Positions 60,474 to 64,000 of a DNA stretch of 64,000 nucleotides are shown here, in pieces; within the stretch, counting starts at the first letter, position 1; every line of letters starts with the position of its first letter. The notes under the pieces were generated by a model. The model was given only the letters and a program-made list of their open reading frames with translations. It searched no databases and was not told where the DNA came from. The stretch lies in assembly GCA_964252035.1 (NCBI GenBank), contig OZ176205.1. The stretch is one strand, 5' to 3'. The position numbers and the translations under genes were made by a program. The stretch is from Podarcis erhardii. Its lineage: Eukaryota.

Positions 60474-63400
60474 TTAGTCAGATGTTCGAGAAGATTCTAG
60501 GCTGATCATTTGCAATGTGAAGTTTACTGGCGGCTGTCCTTCAGGCTGTTGTGCATTGCTGGGAACAATTTCTTTCACCGGCAGATTTTCTTCTGGAGAC
60601 TCTTCCTCTCCTGTTCTCCTCTGTTCGTTTCTATATTTTTCCTCCACAGGCTCTTCAGTACCTGCTTCCATGGCTTTGTCGCTCTGAGCACCCCATGTTT
60701 TTCTTTTTACTACAGCTGCAAAAACTTCTTTCCTCCCAGCCTCCTCCTTGTGAGACAGCATTTGAGTCTCTTCTACTGAAACTTCCCCCTCAAGTTCTTT
60801 AGGCTCTTCTTCCTCTTCCTCCTCCACTTCTTCGCTCATAAACGATACTTGTTCTATCAACTTCTGCATCCCTGCCAACAGAGCTTCCTCCACATCTCGC
60901 AGCGTTATCATTGGTTCTCCTGTGTAATATGCCTCCTCTTCCTTCTCTACTTCATCGCTTGCATCTTCTACCTGCACCTCCAGGTCAGGTGACATTTTCC
61001 CGGCCACAGTCTCTTTTGGTGTTTTTTCCACTTCATCTTGGAAGCTGACTTTACTGCCCATTCCTCCTTCTGCTAATGCTGCTTTTTGTGTGAATGGCTC
61101 GGATAGGTGTGATGCCTCTGTCACGCCAGCTATCCTTGGGGTTCCTGTGATGGTCATCCCATGGGCTATTTCATTCTCATGTGCCATGGACAGAGACCCC
61201 CTTTCTCTCTCTTTCCCTGAAACTTCAGCCTCTGTCCTCCTTCTAATTGCCACCTTTCTCCCTGCCTTTGTCTCTTCAAAATCCACTTCTCCTTCTCCTT
61301 CTGCCCCTGTCTTCCTTCTTCCTACTCTTTGTTTCTGTTTAGGTGCTGCCACTCCAGATCCCAGAATCACTTCTGTCCCTCCCTCTTCAACTTCCTCACC
61401 CTCCTCTTCAATTAGATCCTCTTCCTCCACTGCACCTTCTGCACTGGCCACCACACCTTCAAGTGTTGCTCTTCTTCCAGCCCTTCTTTCTGAACTTGTC
61501 TTGACACCTGACCTCTCTGCCTTTCGTATTACTCTTGCTTCCTGGGCTGTCGTATGTTCATCTTCTGCTGCTGAAATGACCCCCTCAGCGTCGCTCTCTG
61601 ACAAGGGTTTGCCCACCTCAGATTCCAGTTTCTGTCCAGCTGAACCTTCATCTCTAGATATTCTTTTCTTCTCTTGTTGATACATTTTCCTTCCAGACCT
61701 TCTTTCTGAACTTGGCTTGACCACTGACCTATCTGCCTTTCGTATTGTTCTTGCTTCCTGGGGTGTTGTATCTTCATCTTCTGCTCCTGAAATGACCTCC
61801 TCAGCCTCACTCTCTGATAAGGGTTCACCTTCCCGAGGTTCTAGTTCCTCTTGAGCTGAACCTTCGTCTCTAGATATTCTTTTCTTCTTTCTCACTTCTA
61901 CGTGTGTTTTCCTTCCAGCCTTTCTTTCTGAACTTGGCTTGACTGCTGACCTCTCTGTCTTTCGTATTATTCTTGCTTCCTGGGCTGTCGTATCCTCATC
62001 TTCTGCTCCTGAAACGACTCCCTCAGCCTCACTCTCCGACAAGGGTTCACCTTCCCAAGGTTCTAGTTCCTCTTGAGCTGAACCTTCATCTCTAGATATT
62101 CTTTTCTTCTTTCCCACTTCTACGTGTTTTTTCCTTCCAGCCTTTCTTTCTGAACTCGGCTTCACTGCTGACCTCTCTGTCTTTCGTATTATTCTTGCTT
62201 CCTGGGCTGTCGTATCCTCATCTTCTGCTCCTGAAACGACTCCCTCAGCCTCACTCTCCGACAAGGGTTCACCTTCCCAAGGTTCTAGTTCCTCTTGAGC
62301 TGAACCTTCATCTCTAGATATTCTTTTCTTCTCTCTCACTTCTAAGTGTGGTTTTCTTCCAGCCCTTCTTTCTGAACTCGGCTTGACTGCTGACCTCTCT
62401 GCCTTTCGTATTACTCTTGCTTCCTGGGCTGTCGTATCTTCATCTTCTGCTCCAGAAATGGCCTCCTCAGCCTCAATGTCCGACAAGGGTTCATCCACCT
62501 CAGATTCCAGTTTCTGTCCAGCTGCACCTTCGTCTCTAGATATTCTTTTCTTCTCTTGTTGATACATTTTCTTTCCAGACCTTCTTTCTGAACTTGGCTT
62601 GACTGCTGACCTATCTGCCTTTCGTATTGTTCTTGCTTCCTGGGCTGTCGTATACTCATCTTCTGCTGCTGAAACAACTGCCTCACCCTCAGTGTCCAAC
62701 AAGGGTTCACTTTCCAAAGGTTCTGGTTCCTCTTGAGCTGAATCTTCATCTCTAGATATTCTTTTCTTCTTTCTCACTTCTACGTGTGTTTTCCTTCCAG
62801 CCCTTCTTTCTGAACTCGGCTTGACTGCTGACCTCTCTGCCTTTCGTATAGTTCTTGCTTCCTGGGCTGTCATGTCTTCATCTTCTGCTCCTGAAATGAC
62901 CCCCTCAGCCTCACTCTCTGTCAAGGGTTCACCTTCCCAAGGTTCTAGTTCCTCTTTAGCTGAACCTTCATCTCTAGATATTCTTTTTCTCTCTCTCACT
63001 TCTAAGTGTGTTTTCCTTCCAGCCCTTCTTTCTGAACTCGGCTTGACTGCTGACCTCTCTGCCTTTCGTATAGTTCTTGCTTCCTGGGCTGTCATGTCTT
63101 CATCTTCTGCTCCTGAAATGACCCCCTCAGCCTCACTCTCTGTCAAGGGTTCACCTTCCCAAGGTTCTAGTTCCTCTTGAGCTGAACCTTCATCTCTAGA
63201 TATTCTTTTCTTCTCTCTCACTTCTAAGTGTGGTTTTCTTCCAGCCCTTCTTTCTGAACTTGGCTTGACCGCTGACCTATCTGCCTTTCGTATTACTCTT
63301 GCTTCCTGGGCTGTCGTATCTTCATCTTCTGCTCCTGAAATGACCCCCTCAGCCTCACTCTCTGATAAGGATTCACCTTCCCAAGGTTCTAGTTCCTCTT

Positions 63401-64000
63401 GAGCTGAACCTTCGTCTCTAGATATTCTTTTCTTCTCTCTCACTTCTACGTGTGTTTTCCTTCCAGCCCTTCTTTCTGAACTCGGCTTGACTGCTGACCT
63501 CTCTGCCTTTCGTATAGTTCTTGCTTCCTGGGCTGTCATGTCTTCATCTTCTGCTCCTGAAATGACCCCCTCAGCCTCACTCTCTGTCAAGGTTTCACCT
63601 TCCCAAGGTTCTAGTTCCTCTTGAGCTGAACCTTCATCTCTAGATATTCTTTTTCTCTCTCTCACTTCTAAGTGTGTTTTCCTTCCAGCCCTTCTTTCTG
63701 AACTTGGCTTCACTGCTGACCTCCCCGCCTGTCGTATTACTTTTGCTCCCTGGCCTCTCATTTCTTCATCTTCTGCTGCTGAAACGACCCCCTCAGCCTC
63801 ACTTTCCGAAAATGGTTCACCCACCCGAGGTGCTAGTTTCTGTTGAGCTGAACCTTCGTCTCTAGACATTCTTTTCTTCTGTTTCACTTCTAGAGATGTT
63901 TTTTTGGTCTCACCCCCCCACAGGCCTGAAATGTCTTGGACTATTTCCTCCATTTCAGATGAAACTCCTTGTCTGACACCTTTGCTGCCATATACTAGGG
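60474..64000 (-). CDS. ERICH3: Large Glu-rich exon, 5'-incomplete (frame open to the window edge; possible acceptor cctAG at 63996-63995), probably the big C-terminal coding exon of ERICH3
   Basis: ORF-track 60474..63953 gives 1159 aa, E/K/R/S-rich, with no in-frame stop between 63953 and 64000 and a TAA at 60476-60474. The gene name rests on the known amniote order TNNI3K(+), LRRC53(-), ERICH3(-) and on composition, not on direct motif recognition. Confidence 0.75.
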   Translation of the reverse strand, partial: LVYGSKGVRQGVSSEMEEIVQDISGLWGGETKKTSLEVKQKKRMSRDEGSAQQKLAPRVGEPFSESEAEGVVSAAEDEEMRGQGAKVIRQAGRSAVKPSSERRAGRKTHLEVRERKRISRDEGSAQEELEPWEGETLTESEAEGVISGAEDEDMTAQEARTIRKAERSAVKPSSERRAGRKTHVEVREKKRISRDEGSAQEELEPWEGESLSESEAEGVISGAEDEDTTAQEARVIRKADRSAVKPSSERRAGRKPHLEVREKKRISRDEGSAQEELEPWEGEPLTESEAEGVISGAEDEDMTAQEARTIRKAERSAVKPSSERRAGRKTHLEVRERKRISRDEGSAKEELEPWEGEPLTESEAEGVISGAEDEDMTAQEARTIRKAERSAVKPSSERRAGRKTHVEVRKKKRISRDEDSAQEEPEPLESEPLLDTEGEAVVSAAEDEYTTAQEARTIRKADRSAVKPSSERRSGKKMYQQEKKRISRDEGAAGQKLESEVDEPLSDIEAEEAISGAEDEDTTAQEARVIRKAERSAVKPSSERRAGRKPHLEVREKKRISRDEGSAQEELEPWEGEPLSESEAEGVVSGAEDEDTTAQEARIIRKTERSAVKPSSERKAGRKKHVEVGKKKRISRDEGSAQEELEPWEGEPLSESEAEGVVSGAEDEDTTAQEARIIRKTERSAVKPSSERKAGRKTHVEVRKKKRISRDEGSAQEELEPREGEPLSESEAEEVISGAEDEDTTPQEARTIRKADRSVVKPSSERRSGRKMYQQEKKRISRDEGSAGQKLESEVGKPLSESDAEGVISAAEDEHTTAQEARVIRKAERSGVKTSSERRAGRRATLEGVVASAEGAVEEEDLIEEEGEEVEEGGTEVILGSGVAAPKQKQRVGRRKTGAEGEGEVDFEETKAGRKVAIRRRTEAEVSGKERERGSLSMAHENEIAHGMTITGTPRIAGVTEASHLSEPFTQKAALAEGGMGSKVSFQDEVEKTPKETVAGKMSPDLEVQVEDASDEVEKEEEAYYTGEPMITLRDVEEALLAGMQKLIEQVSFMSEEVEEEEEEEPKELEGEVSVEETQMLSHKEEAGRKEVFAAVVKRKTWGAQSDKAMEAGTEEPVEEKYRNEQRRTGEEESPEENLPVKEIVPSNAQQPEGQPPVNFTLQMISLESSRTSD
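61465..63900 (-). repeat. Coding tandem repeat: 11 copies of a 222-nt (74-aa) unit, with two 216-nt variant junctions
   Basis: The SRDE motif occurs 11 times in the ORF. TCTAGATA recurs at 62751 and 62973 (period 222). Unit: KRISRDEGSAQEELEPWEGEPLTESEAEGVISGAEDEDMTAQEARTIRKAERSAVKPSSERRAGRKTHLEVRER. Confidence 0.97.

Noticed and set aside
61090-63865. Plus-strand Ser/Leu-rich ORFs (61090..61680, 62821..63180, 63674..63865) and minus-strand alternative-frame ORFs (61529..61828, 62411..62749)
   Set aside because: These are shadows of the GAA/GAG-rich repetitive coding strand, with no independent start or splice support.
61465-63900. Regularly spaced repeats that might suggest a CRISPR-like array
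   Set aside because: The units are contiguous 222-nt coding repeats with no unique spacers, the context is a vertebrate exon, and there are no cas genes.

Overview
This is eukaryotic genomic DNA from a squamate reptile. Sauria SINE, BovB, L2/CR1 and Squam-type SINE content point to a lizard, probably a lacertid (inference). Three protein-coding genes are present. (1) The last 8 coding exons of the cardiac kinase TNNI3K on the + strand (3453-48149) all have GT-AG sites and compatible phases, 736 coding nt in total. (2) LRRC53 lies on the - strand, with four coding exons inside the 21.5-kb TNNI3K intron 11859-33372. A candidate 7-nt coding first exon at 45686-45692 would add a complete signal peptide (MAGALLSLLAMMIQLTAS|CPPSC) and make LRRC53 straddle two TNNI3K exons. 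(3) The very large Glu-rich exon of a convergent - strand gene (60474 to the window edge) is assigned to ERICH3 by synteny. It carries an 11-copy, 74-aa acidic/basic tandem array with an 882-nt higher-order repeat. Introns are dense with transposable elements, several nested with readable target-site duplications. There are no prokaryotic features, RNA genes or CRISPR arrays. All gene and family names come from recognition and recall, not from database searches.
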